64,000 nt of DNA from contig CAZDDW010000005.1 in the NCBI GenBank assembly GCA_964504365.1, positions 1,630-65,629 on the forward strand, read 5' to 3'. The notes under the pieces were generated by a model that saw nothing but the letters and a program-made list of their open reading frames with translations, was not told the origin of the DNA and searched no databases. Position 1 is the stretch's first letter. Each line of letters begins with the position of its first letter. Origin of the DNA: an uncultured Gammaproteobacteria bacterium. Lineage in GTDB: Bacteria; Patescibacteriota; Patescibacteriia; UBA9934; CAZDDW01. A program made the translations under genes and the position numbers. Below are positions 1 through 8,973 of this stretch, piece by piece.

Positions 1-92
1 CCCCTCCTTTCTAAGGAGGGGGTTAGGGGGAGGTTCTGTGTACAATTTGTCACTCAGAACCCCCCTTTAATCCCCCCTTGGAAAGGGGGGAG
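1..92. repeat. REP-like double-hairpin palindromic element (CCCCTCCTT..AAGGAGGGG family), possibly cut by window edge
   Basis: cccctcctt-tct-aaggagggg...ggttctg/cagaacc...ccccctt-gga-aaggggg; related copies at 31819-31928 and 38812-38850. Confidence 0.75.
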
Positions 93-102
93 AGACATAT
101 TT

Positions 103-1407
103 ATGAAAACATTTATAGAAAAACTACTTGCGATATTATCGCGCAAGACTATTTCGCGATATCAACCGCGGATTGTGGCTGTTACTGGATCTGTGGGCAA
201 AACATCAGTCAAGAACGCGATTGTAGCTGCGCTTGAGGGTCGTTTTGATTTACGCACTGGGCGTGAAAATTACAACACCGAGTTTGGTGTTCCTTTGACT
301 ATCATTGATGCTAAATCTCCAGGCCGATCTTCTGTTGGTTGGTTTTTTGTTTTGCTTAAAGGTTTTGCTTTGGCATACGGTCGGAAGCAAAAGTATCCGG
401 AGTTGTTAGTTTTGGAGTTTGGAGTAGACCATCCAGGAGATATGAAAAAACTGTGTTCTATCGCGCCTCCTGAGGTTGGGGTTGTTACTCGTATTTCACC
501 AGTGCATGTTGAGCATTTCGAGGGTGTCGAGCATTTGGCGCAAGAAAAGTCTGAGTTAATTAAAGCTCTAGATAAATCTGGTTTAGCTGTTTTAAATGCG
601 AATGACGAAACTGTCGCAGCCATGCACGAGCTTTCCAAAGCACCAGTGCAAACCTACGGGTTCGATATCGGGGCTGATGTAAAAGGTTCTGCTTTTTCTG
701 ACATGATGAAACTAGATAATAACTTCGAGGTCGGGGAGATTGCAGCAAATTCGATGTTCCGAGTTGAGGCTGGTGGCGAAGCGCTTGATATTGAGCTGCA
801 TAACATTGTTGGACAAGCTGCCTCTTCGTCCGCACTGGTTGCTTTTGCAGTTGGTCGACATTTTGGACTTGGTTTAAATCAGATCGCTGAAGGATTGCGC
901 AACTTTGTTCCAATGCCGGGTCGTTTACGTTTGCTCCCAGGAATTAAAGGTTCGTTGTTAATCGACGACTCTTACAATGCTGCACCGGCTTCGGTCATTG
1001 CTGCCTTGGATGTTCTGGAAGAGTTTGCACCGTTCGAAGGCGCCAGGCGCATTGCTGTTTTAGGAGACATGCTAGAACTTGGTTCGTTGACCGAAGATGA
1101 ACATGCGCGCGTTGGTCGCTACGCTTTCGAACACAAAGTTGATCTCTTGGTTGTTGCAGGAGAACGCGCCTTAGATATTGCACGCGGTGCACGCGAGGCT
1201 GGGATGGCAGATGATCAGATTCAGTCGTTTAAAAATTCAGAAGATGCTGGCCGCTGGCTGGATCCGAAAATAAAGTCTGGTGATATTGTGCTGGTCAAAG
1301 GATCGCAGGGTGCGCGCATGGAGATTGTAACAAAAGAACTCATGGCTGAACCGAATCGCGCAAAAGAATTGCTAGTCCGCCAGTATCCACCGTGGGTAAA
1401 AGAATAA
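103..1407 (+). CDS. murF: UDP-N-acetylmuramoyl-tripeptide--D-Ala-D-Ala ligase
   Basis: AVTGSVGKTS P-loop, NTEFGVPLT, IDDSYNA, VLGDMLELG, VLVKGS motifs. Confidence 0.9.
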   Translation: MKTFIEKLLAILSRKTISRYQPRIVAVTGSVGKTSVKNAIVAALEGRFDLRTGRENYNTEFGVPLTIIDAKSPGRSSVGWFFVLLKGFALAYGRKQKYPELLVLEFGVDHPGDMKKLCSIAPPEVGVVTRISPVHVEHFEGVEHLAQEKSELIKALDKSGLAVLNANDETVAAMHELSKAPVQTYGFDIGADVKGSAFSDMMKLDNNFEVGEIAANSMFRVEAGGEALDIELHNIVGQAASSSALVAFAVGRHFGLGLNQIAEGLRNFVPMPGRLRLLPGIKGSLLIDDSYNAAPASVIAALDVLEEFAPFEGARRIAVLGDMLELGSLTEDEHARVGRYAFEHKVDLLVVAGERALDIARGAREAGMADDQIQSFKNSEDAGRWLDPKIKSGDIVLVKGSQGARMEIVTKELMAEPNRAKELLVRQYPPWVKE

Positions 1408-1409
1408 TT

Positions 1410-1438
1410 GTAGGGGCGACCTTCATGGTCGCCCTTTT
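1410..1438 (+). repeat. GTAG-type REP hairpin, also a plausible murF terminator
   Basis: gtag-gggcgacc-ttcat-ggtcgccc-tttt. Confidence 0.6.
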
Positions 1439-1503
1439 AGGTTGACAAAAATCGAAATCCTGCTAAGATCGACCTATCGAACCTTCAACATGGGAGAGGG
1501 ACA

Positions 1504-2178
1504 ATGTCCCAATTCAAATTGATCGCTCTGGTTGCTGAACCGGCCCGTGTCCGACGAACTCTGCTTCCAGCCCTGCTCGACTTCATCAGGGACAGCCCTG
1601 ACTTAGGGGCTTTGTTGCATTCGGTTGCCACAACAACGACAGACCAATTCTTGGCTGGACAACATCCACGACTGTTCAATTCAGTGCCAAATATTTCTCA
1701 GTTCAACATCATTGCAGACGCTGGTCTTTTTGTCTGCTACACCAGAACTGGTGAAGTTCGAAATGGTATCAAGCGAGGTGACATCGATCTGTTCTTGATG
1801 ACCGGTCATGTAATCGTGTTGGTCGGTCCGGAAGAGGCTGAACAGCTCAAGCAGAGCGAGTACACTGATCGACTGGAGATCATTGGGGTAACCATGGATG
1901 GCGAGGCTCGTCGTGAGGCCTTAGCCGAATCTCCACACATGGCTCCGTTGTACGAGGTCGAAGAAGCTGTTCGTGACTACATCAGGAACGAGCTGGAGGA
2001 AGACCATCGCTTCTTCGCTGAGAACAACAGGGGGGACGTGCTCACTCTGGTGCTTTTCCTGAGCGAGATGGGTGTGGTCAATATCGAGAGCGAGATGGCT
2101 GATCGGTTGACCACAGATGCCATGAGGATCCCGACTGGATACTGGGAGCCTGGTACTTCGCCGCCGTCCAAGCCCTAG
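1504..2178 (+). CDS. hypothetical (orphan) protein
   Basis: 224 aa ORF, GGAGAGGG SD, TTGACA at 1442, terminator ccgc..gcggttttt after stop. Confidence 0.7.
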   Translation: MSQFKLIALVAEPARVRRTLLPALLDFIRDSPDLGALLHSVATTTTDQFLAGQHPRLFNSVPNISQFNIIADAGLFVCYTRTGEVRNGIKRGDIDLFLMTGHVIVLVGPEEAEQLKQSEYTDRLEIIGVTMDGEARREALAESPHMAPLYEVEEAVRDYIRNELEEDHRFFAENNRGDVLTLVLFLSEMGVVNIESEMADRLTTDAMRIPTGYWEPGTSPPSKP

Positions 2179-2259
2179 ACCCCACACCGCCCTTACCCGG
2201 CGGTTTTTCTATTGACAAAAACCAAAAAAGTGAGTATACTCTCGACACAAACTAATCAA

Positions 2260-2334
2260 GGCCCCATCGTCTAGTGGTTAGGACGTAAGGTTCTCATCCT
2301 TGAAACCGGGGTTCGATTCCCCGTGGGGTCACCA
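2260..2334 (+). tRNA. tRNA-Glu (anticodon CTC)
   Basis: Acceptor ggcccca/tggggtc, anticodon arm aagg-ttCTCat-cctt, GGTTCGATTC T-loop, encoded CCA; promoter ttgaca..tatact at 2212-2240. Confidence 0.95.
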
Positions 2335-2367
2335 ACAATCCGGCAGGCATCAGCCTGACGGGTTTTT

Positions 2368-2500
2368 GATTTCCATGGGGATGAGAAGCCCGAATGGGTT
2401 CGATTGTCCGATCGAGCGAGAGGAGAGTCAAACTTGTTTGACCTCTCCCGAGCGAGGAGGCTCAATCCCGCCGTCGGCGGGATTCCCCGTGGGGTCACCA
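2368..2500 (+). repeat. tRNA-linked structured element ending in a 20-bp duplicate of the tRNA-Glu 3' end
   Basis: gattccccgtggggtcacca repeated at 2481-2500; motifs shared with 33589-33718. Confidence 0.75.
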
Positions 2501-2542
2501 AAAAACCACCCGAGTAATCAGGTGGTTTTTTGTTTAAGTGTT

Positions 2543-3445
2543 TTATTCAGCTGGGACGTATTGCCGGTGGCAGGTATAGTCGTAAACATCATCAGCGACC
2601 CTTTCAGCATTATTGTCATAACTACCAGCACAGATTTCAATCAGATCAGGATGATATGTAGCTTCATCCATCTGGTAATAACTCCACCAACTATGTCCAG
2701 CGTCACCGTATCCAGTACCCACTAAATGCTCGCCGTTAAGTGCACGTGGGTAGAATGTGAAAGCAAAATCCATCATGGACGAGATTTGGTTATAATAACG
2801 GATACTGCCATAAGCCTTTCCTGGTGCATAGTCACCAATAACTAAACCAAAATTGCTAGTTGTAAAGGCAAAAAACAACTCATCATCATCTTTACAAATT
2901 CGTGACAAGTACAGATCACTGTAATAAGTCGATTCACTGGTCTCAACTAACGCAGCGATTAATATATCAATATCAATGTTAGCCGGGGCAAATTCAGTTA
3001 TCAAGTCATTAAATATTTCTGTTTCTACGTCAGCAAGATCAATGCCTCCGTAAGCCCGTTCTAGATCTGGGTGGTAATTAAGATCGTAACAATTATCAAA
3101 AGGCTCTTTATCCATGCTAGACAAATAAGTAACTTCTTGCCAAAGATTTGTCACTCCTGGATCAACATCGTCAGATGTAATTGTCCCAGAAACGTCGTAA
3201 AGAATTGTGGCATCGGTTGTTGTTTCTGGTTCGTCTGCTTCCACCAGCATCAGATCATCTGCGGTGATAAGATTTGGGTCGTTAGCCTCATCTGATTCCA
3301 TGTTTGTCCAAATCAGAGCGATTACAAGCACGGCGATGATGATAAATAAAATCGGACCAATGATCCAATGGGCGATATGTGATTTGCACTTTGACTTAAC
3401 CTCAACTTCAGGTGTGGTCTCAGTAAGGTCTTGCATATTTGGCAT
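2543..3445 (-). CDS. hypothetical membrane-anchored acidic protein
   Basis: 300 aa ORF with a single N-terminal TM helix. Confidence 0.7.
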   Translation of the reverse strand: MPNMQDLTETTPEVEVKSKCKSHIAHWIIGPILFIIIAVLVIALIWTNMESDEANDPNLITADDLMLVEADEPETTTDATILYDVSGTITSDDVDPGVTNLWQEVTYLSSMDKEPFDNCYDLNYHPDLERAYGGIDLADVETEIFNDLITEFAPANIDIDILIAALVETSESTYYSDLYLSRICKDDDELFFAFTTSNFGLVIGDYAPGKAYGSIRYYNQISSMMDFAFTFYPRALNGEHLVGTGYGDAGHSWWSYYQMDEATYHPDLIEICAGSYDNNAERVADDVYDYTCHRQYVPAE

Positions 3446-3549
3446 AAAAGTATTTAATAATAATCTAAGTCTACCTTAAAAGAAAAAAGCGCTCAAGGAG
3501 CGCCTAGGAGTAAGGGCCGGTACGATTGTTGTATAGGGTGAGTAGTCGG

Positions 3550-3768
3550 TCAGTTCAGACCGAGTTTTTCGAGACTCTTGAACGGGACGACTACCACCAT
3601 GTGGTTCTTGTCGTCAGTCTGGATACCAACGTCACTTTCACCGTCCGGAGAACCCACCTTGAAGCGACGTGACTCACACCATCCCATGGCAGCGGTCATG
3701 GCATTTGACCGTGCGGTCGGATCATCGGCAGCGAAGTCGACTGTATGTACTGCTCTTCTAAGATCCAT
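3550..3768 (-). CDS. small hypothetical protein (72 aa)
   Basis: GGAGGAAGG SD before ATG at 3768; TTGACA at 3842-3847 on the minus strand. Confidence 0.6.
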   Translation of the reverse strand: MDLRRAVHTVDFAADDPTARSNAMTAAMGWCESRRFKVGSPDGESDVGIQTDDKNHMVVVVPFKSLEKLGLN

Positions 3769-3884
3769 TGGCCTTCCTCCTGTTGTTTTGATCAGCAGTA
3801 TGGTTAATCTGCAAAGGTTTTGTATCACAAAGTGTGGTAAATGTCAATCCCTTATACAATAAAAGAAAAAAGCGCTCAAGGCGC

Positions 3885-4370
3885 TTAGAAGCAGGAGTCG
3901 GTTCGGAGTGTACAGAATCGGCGTATACCTGGCAGGTGAGCCAATGGGACGATCAGTAGGAACAGGGCGCCACAGGCCAGGGAACAGAGTGGGACGTTGA
4001 GAAGGCTGAGGAAGAGCAGGGCACCACTGACGGTCATGGCTTCTGGTACAGCAAGCCTTAGATAGGTCAGCATGAAGCCGATCGGTATGACTGATCCGGT
4101 GATCAAAGCCGATCCGAAATGCTGTAATTGGAAGTCGGTCATCTCAGTAACACTCATTGCGGCTTGGAGACCAAGGAAGATTCCATAGCCACAGACCATG
4201 GCCGCAACAATGTCCAGTGAGCGATGCCACATGATCGCTTCCGGGTTGATCCAGTTGTGCGGGTAGCCGATGAGGTGCCCGGCAAGCAGGCTGACGACGA
4301 ACATGAGCCCGGCGACGATGAGTAGAAGAGTGGTAGACAAAAGCCAGTATTTGAACGAGCTGATGCGCAT
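3885..4370 (-). CDS. hypothetical multi-pass membrane protein
   Basis: 161 aa, about 4 hydrophobic segments, GGAGA SD, own TTGACA promoter. Confidence 0.65.
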   Translation of the reverse strand: MRISSFKYWLLSTTLLLIVAGLMFVVSLLAGHLIGYPHNWINPEAIMWHRSLDIVAAMVCGYGIFLGLQAAMSVTEMTDFQLQHFGSALITGSVIPIGFMLTYLRLAVPEAMTVSGALLFLSLLNVPLCSLACGALFLLIVPLAHLPGIRRFCTLRTDSCF

Positions 4371-4471
4371 CTTTTTCTCCAGGTAAAGGTCTTCACAAAA
4401 AGTATCTCATTTGTTAAGCTCTGTCAACCATTTGCTTTAAGTTTAAAGCAGTAGTAAAATAGAAACACTAT

Positions 4472-6298
4472 ATGAAATTTTATAAGCGTAAATTATTTTG
4501 GGTTGTTTTTGTTGTCTTAGCGATCGTGGTAATCGGCGGCATTATTTATGCACAGCGCGGAGAAGATCAGGAGATTGTTTCTGCTTTGGTTGAAAAGGGG
4601 ACTTTGATTCAGACTGTTGAAGGTACAGGTACGGTGGAAGCCGATCGTGAAATTGAGTTAGCTTTTGAAACTACTGGTTCAGTTGCCAGTATTTTAGTTT
4701 ACGCTGGTGATGAGGTTATTGCTGGTCAACCACTAATGACTTTGAGTGGTGCCAGCGCCTTGATCGGATTATCACAAGCACAAGCCACGCTTGACAAAGC
4801 TCAGGCAAACCTGAATCAAACCTTGGCTGGTGAATCTGATGAATCAGTTGGTGTGACTGAGGCTCAGCTGGCTGAGGCCGAGGCACTGCTTGATAAATAC
4901 GAAACAGATCTTGAAAATGCTACAGCTGTTTATGTTGCGGCAACTAAGGCGGCTCAGGTTACAGTTGATACTGAATATGATGATTGGGTGAACACACTTG
5001 CTGATAACACACAGGATCTGAGTGAGGTTTACGACGATGCTTTGACCATTATGCAAGCTGCTGTGATCAGCGTATCAGCTGGTCTTACTGAATCAGATAA
5101 TATACTTGGAATTGACAATGCAACGTTTAACATGGATTTCAAGGTTTATCTAAGTATCTTGAATAGTCAGTATTTGGTTGATGCAAATAATTCATACCCA
5201 ATTGCACGAGATAAAATGCTTGAGGTTGAAGACTTGTTAGAAGATTTGACTGTAGATTCTGCTGATGCTGATATCGCAGCTGCGGTAGCTGAGGCTCGGG
5301 CCATGCTCAATTATGCGCTAGAAACCTTGAACGACACTCGTCACGTTCTTGATGCAACTCAAGCCAACTCTGATATACCAGACGCAACACTAAGTACTTA
5401 CAAATCAAATATCGATACAGATCGAGATGCAGTAAATACAGATTTGACTGCATTGAATAATCAAGAGCAACTGATTAGTTCATCTACAATCGCGGCCCAG
5501 ACCGCAGAGGATTCGGCTGAAAATGCTTACGAAGCAGCAACTGTTGCATTGGAACAGGCTGAAGCAACTGAGGCTGACCAAGTGGCCAAGGCCGAGGCTT
5601 TGGTGGCTACACAGACTGCTGCTGTGGCAACAGCATCAGCAAATCTGGTTTACAAAGAGGCTGTTCCGCGTTCAGTTGATACAGCCGCGCTTGAAGCTCA
5701 GATTGATGAAGCTGGTGCAGCGTTGGCTTTGGCTCAAGAAGAATACAACAAGACCATAATAACGGCTCCGTTTGACGGGCAAGTGACAGATATTAATTAC
5801 GAGATTGGTGAGCAAGTTGCTTTGAGTACAGCGGCAATTGGTATGTTGGCCATGAATGAATTCCAGATTGTGACTGATATTGATGAGGCTGACATTATTA
5901 AACTGACATTAGATGATCCTGTTGAAGTAACTTTTGATGCTTTTGGAGATGATATGGTTTTTGATGCACGTGTAGCAAAGATTAATCCAGCAGAAAAATC
6001 TATCGAAGGTGTTGTTTACTATGAGGTCACTATTTTCTTGAATGAACCAGTTGAGCAGATCCGTTCTGGAATGTCTGCTGATATAACGATTATTACTGAG
6101 CAGATTGAAGACGCGGTCTTGATTCCAAGTAGGGCTGTGTTAACTGAGAATTTTGAAAAGTATACTCGGGTTTACGATGGTGAAGAGGTTCGTCAGCGTA
6201 TGCTAGAGATTGGAATTCGTGGAGATGCTGGAAAAACACAAGTAATTAATGGAGTGAATGAGGGTGAGGAGGTGGTGATCACTATTCGTGAAAAATAA
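4472..6298 (+). CDS. efflux RND/MacA-like adaptor (HlyD family) with very long coiled coil
   Basis: N-terminal TM, lipoyl-like motifs (ILVYAGDEV, ITAPFDGQV), GMSADITI, IPSRAV. Confidence 0.85.
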   Translation: MKFYKRKLFWVVFVVLAIVVIGGIIYAQRGEDQEIVSALVEKGTLIQTVEGTGTVEADREIELAFETTGSVASILVYAGDEVIAGQPLMTLSGASALIGLSQAQATLDKAQANLNQTLAGESDESVGVTEAQLAEAEALLDKYETDLENATAVYVAATKAAQVTVDTEYDDWVNTLADNTQDLSEVYDDALTIMQAAVISVSAGLTESDNILGIDNATFNMDFKVYLSILNSQYLVDANNSYPIARDKMLEVEDLLEDLTVDSADADIAAAVAEARAMLNYALETLNDTRHVLDATQANSDIPDATLSTYKSNIDTDRDAVNTDLTALNNQEQLISSSTIAAQTAEDSAENAYEAATVALEQAEATEADQVAKAEALVATQTAAVATASANLVYKEAVPRSVDTAALEAQIDEAGAALALAQEEYNKTIITAPFDGQVTDINYEIGEQVALSTAAIGMLAMNEFQIVTDIDEADIIKLTLDDPVEVTFDAFGDDMVFDARVAKINPAEKSIEGVVYYEVTIFLNEPVEQIRSGMSADITIITEQIEDAVLIPSRAVLTENFEKYTRVYDGEEVRQRMLEIGIRGDAGKTQVINGVNEGEEVVITIREK

Positions 6299-6299
6299 T

Positions 6300-7061
6300 A
6301 TGGCAGATTGCTTGATTGAGGCAAAAAATCTGTACAAGCAATACGAAAATGATGAGGTCGTAACAAAAGTTTTGTTCGACCTCAATTTTAAAGTTGAGTG
6401 TGGTGATTTCTTGGCGCTGATGGGGCCATCCGGTTCTGGTAAGTCAACTCTGATGCATATCCTTGGTTTTTTGGATCGACTGACAACCGGTGAGTATTTA
6501 TTTAATGGCAAGAGCGTGCATTCAATGAACGATGATGAGCTGGCTCGAATGCGACGTGAAGAAGTCGGGTTTGTGTTTCAGGCTTTTAATTTGCTGGCTA
6601 AGACATCGGTTTTAGATAATGTTTTATTACCAACAATGTACACTGACATACCGTATGCTGAGCGTGAAAAACGTGCGAAGAAAGTTATTGAACAGGTTGG
6701 GTTATCGCATCGTTTAGATCATTTATCTAATCAGCTGTCTGGTGGTGAAAAGCAGCGTGTGTCAATCGCTCGAGCCATGATCAATGATCCTTCAATTATT
6801 TTTGCTGACGAGCCAACTGGAAACCTGGATAGTAAAACCACGATTCAGATTTTGAAGCTACTTCAAGATCTAAACAAAGAAGGACGAACGATTATCATGG
6901 TTACACATGAGCCAGAGCTGACTCCGTATACAAAGCGTATTTTAAATTTGCTTGATGGGCGCTTGATCAAAGATCGCCCAGCTCCGTTTAAAGATGTGAT
7001 AAAAGAGCCACCAGAAGCGTACACACAAAACGCATCTAGAATAAATGGTGGAGATTTATGA
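6300..7061 (+). CDS. MacB/LolD-type ABC ATP-binding protein
   Basis: [28 protein letters not shown]. Confidence 0.9.
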   Translation: MADCLIEAKNLYKQYENDEVVTKVLFDLNFKVECGDFLALMGPSGSGKSTLMHILGFLDRLTTGEYLFNGKSVHSMNDDELARMRREEVGFVFQAFNLLAKTSVLDNVLLPTMYTDIPYAEREKRAKKVIEQVGLSHRLDHLSNQLSGGEKQRVSIARAMINDPSIIFADEPTGNLDSKTTIQILKLLQDLNKEGRTIIMVTHEPELTPYTKRILNLLDGRLIKDRPAPFKDVIKEPPEAYTQNASRINGGDL

Positions 7062-8290
7062 AATTAGGAGACCTGATTCAATTATCTGGTGCAGGATTAA
7101 TGCGCAACAAGTCGCGCTCTATCTTGACCATGCTTGGGATTATTATTGGAATCGCTGCAGTGATGCTCATGCTTTCGATTGGAAAAGGTGCTGAAGGGCT
7201 GATTATTTCGCAGGTGGCAGATTTGGGTTCTGATTTAGTTTATGCCGAGCCAGGAAGCGGTGATGCTGATGAGGGGCCGCCAAATATTTTTGTTGAGCAG
7301 ACGCTAACCTTGGATGATGTTGAAGAACTGCGTAAGCACGATGGTTTTGTTGAGGTTGGTGCATTTTTGTATTCTGATGCTGTTGTTCAATACAGTACAG
7401 AAGAGGAGCGTTCGCAGATTGTTGGAACAACACCAGAGAATATTAGTATCTTCCCAGCAGATATGGCTGATGGGCGTTTTATTGATGAATCAGACGTTGA
7501 ATCAAATGCAACAGTGGCTGTGTTGGGAAGTCAGATTAAGCGGAAATTATTTGGTGATCAGGATCCGATTGGGCTGAGAATTAAAATTAAGAACACTCGT
7601 TTTAAAGTCATTGGTTACGTCGAAGAACAGGGAACACGCTTTTTTCAGAATTTAGATGAGCAGATTTATGTGCCAATTACCACGTTGCAAGATAAGGTTC
7701 TTGGCTTAGACTATATTAATTTCTTGGCTGCGCGCACGACTTTGCCGATTGATCTTGCTAAGGACGAAGTTCGCTTTGTGTTGCGTGATTCACATAACCT
7801 AGACAATCCAGAAGGGGATTTGAGTAAAGATGATTTCTTTGTCTCAACCCAGGAAGATGCGGTTGAGATTGTTGGTACAGTTACGAGTGTGCTAACTTTG
7901 TTGTTGTCGTCTGTTGCTGCAATTTCTTTGTTGGTTGGTGGAATTGGAATTATGAATATTATGCTTGTGTCAGTAACTGAGCGAACTCGTGAGATCGGAT
8001 TACGTAAAGCTGTTGGGGCTACTAGACAAGATATTCTAAGGCAGTTTTTGGCCGAAGCAGTTATGTTGACTTTGCTTGGGGGATTGATTGGAATTATTCT
8101 TGGTGGCGGCACTTCATTTTTGACCGCACTGGTATTGTCACAATTTTTAGAAGATTGGAAATTCTTTTTCCCGGCTGATGCTATGGTTTATGCGACCGTA
8201 ATTGCGGCGATTGTTGGTTTGGTATTTGGGATCTTCCCAGCTCGTCGAGCTGCGAAACTAGATCCGATTGATGCACTGCGGTACGAATAG
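7058..8290 (+). CDS. MacB/FtsX-family ABC permease
   Basis: RSILTMLGIIIG, GGIGIMNIMLVSVTERTREIGLRKAVGA, LDPIDALRYE. Confidence 0.9.
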   Translation: MKLGDLIQLSGAGLMRNKSRSILTMLGIIIGIAAVMLMLSIGKGAEGLIISQVADLGSDLVYAEPGSGDADEGPPNIFVEQTLTLDDVEELRKHDGFVEVGAFLYSDAVVQYSTEEERSQIVGTTPENISIFPADMADGRFIDESDVESNATVAVLGSQIKRKLFGDQDPIGLRIKIKNTRFKVIGYVEEQGTRFFQNLDEQIYVPITTLQDKVLGLDYINFLAARTTLPIDLAKDEVRFVLRDSHNLDNPEGDLSKDDFFVSTQEDAVEIVGTVTSVLTLLLSSVAAISLLVGGIGIMNIMLVSVTERTREIGLRKAVGATRQDILRQFLAEAVMLTLLGGLIGIILGGGTSFLTALVLSQFLEDWKFFFPADAMVYATVIAAIVGLVFGIFPARRAAKLDPIDALRYE

Positions 8291-8342
8291 GTTTGATTTC
8301 TTTCGAAACATAGCGGAACCCTTCAGGGTTCCATTTTGTTTA

Positions 8343-8553
8343 GCCGGCCACGGATGACTCGGACATTCTTTTTGTGAGAAGCACTCGGCCTATTCGTAGA
8401 ATGATTAAAGAATGTTGTCAGGCCTCGTTCGGGTTCCGCCGGGACCGCCACCGTTAGTTGTAATACGAGATAATGATGTGGGCCCGGCTCCACATGTTCT
8501 CACAAAAAGAATATCCTCGTCATTTATATCTGACGATCAGAAAAGTGGCCGGC
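8343..8553. repeat. ~210 bp structured repeat element, copy 1
   Basis: Terminal inverted repeat gccggccac/gtggccggc; 16-bp perfect stem 8365-8380/8497-8512; homologous to 27898-28097, 28088-28299 (inverted) and 41879-42088. Confidence 0.9.
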
Positions 8554-8600
8554 CAATTAAAAAGACCTCGCTGCGTGCGAGGTTTTGTGGTACGTGAGAT

Positions 8601-8903
8601 CTAGTCTTCGATCGGGATAGTGCAGAATCCTTCGGATTCGCGCGGCCCATCGAAGCTCAGCACGCCGAAAAACGGCTTGTTGTTGTGGGTGCCGAAGATC
8701 AGACCGCGACGATCAGGGAGGAGATGGTCGGTTCCATGGATTCTGACCGATACACTCTTCCAGCCGGTAGGATCAGTTTCGGATCCAGGTGGAATGAGTG
8801 AGATCATGATCGGAGCATCCATGTCCAGCGTTGCCTTGAGGTCGACCATGCTGTGGAACGTGTGCGAGATTCGTGTTGGGAATCGAACTGTATCTGGACT
8901 CAA
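8601..8903 (-). CDS. small hypothetical protein
   Basis: TTG start after AAGAGGA SD; TTGACA promoter near 8950; terminator near 8560-8586. Confidence 0.55.
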   Translation of the reverse strand: MSPDTVRFPTRISHTFHSMVDLKATLDMDAPIMISLIPPGSETDPTGWKSVSVRIHGTDHLLPDRRGLIFGTHNNKPFFGVLSFDGPRESEGFCTIPIED

Positions 8904-8973
8904 TGGAATCCTCCTTTGAAAACAGACAATATCATACACACCCCCTCATGTCAAGATATGCTATAATTAATCC

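Noticed and set aside
2335-2500. Prophage or genomic island at tRNA-Glu or tRNA-Gln (attL/attR)
   Set aside because: Duplicates are only about 150-170 bp apart with no integrase; reported as mini-elements instead
1441-4430. Integron cassette array
   Set aside because: No intI and no recognizable attC (RYYYAAC..GTTRRRY) boundaries; the genes carry their own promoters
8412-8597. Similar short ORFs in element copies (8412-8597, 27988-28281)
   Set aside because: Similarity follows from the DNA repeat; starts, stops and frames are not conserved among copies
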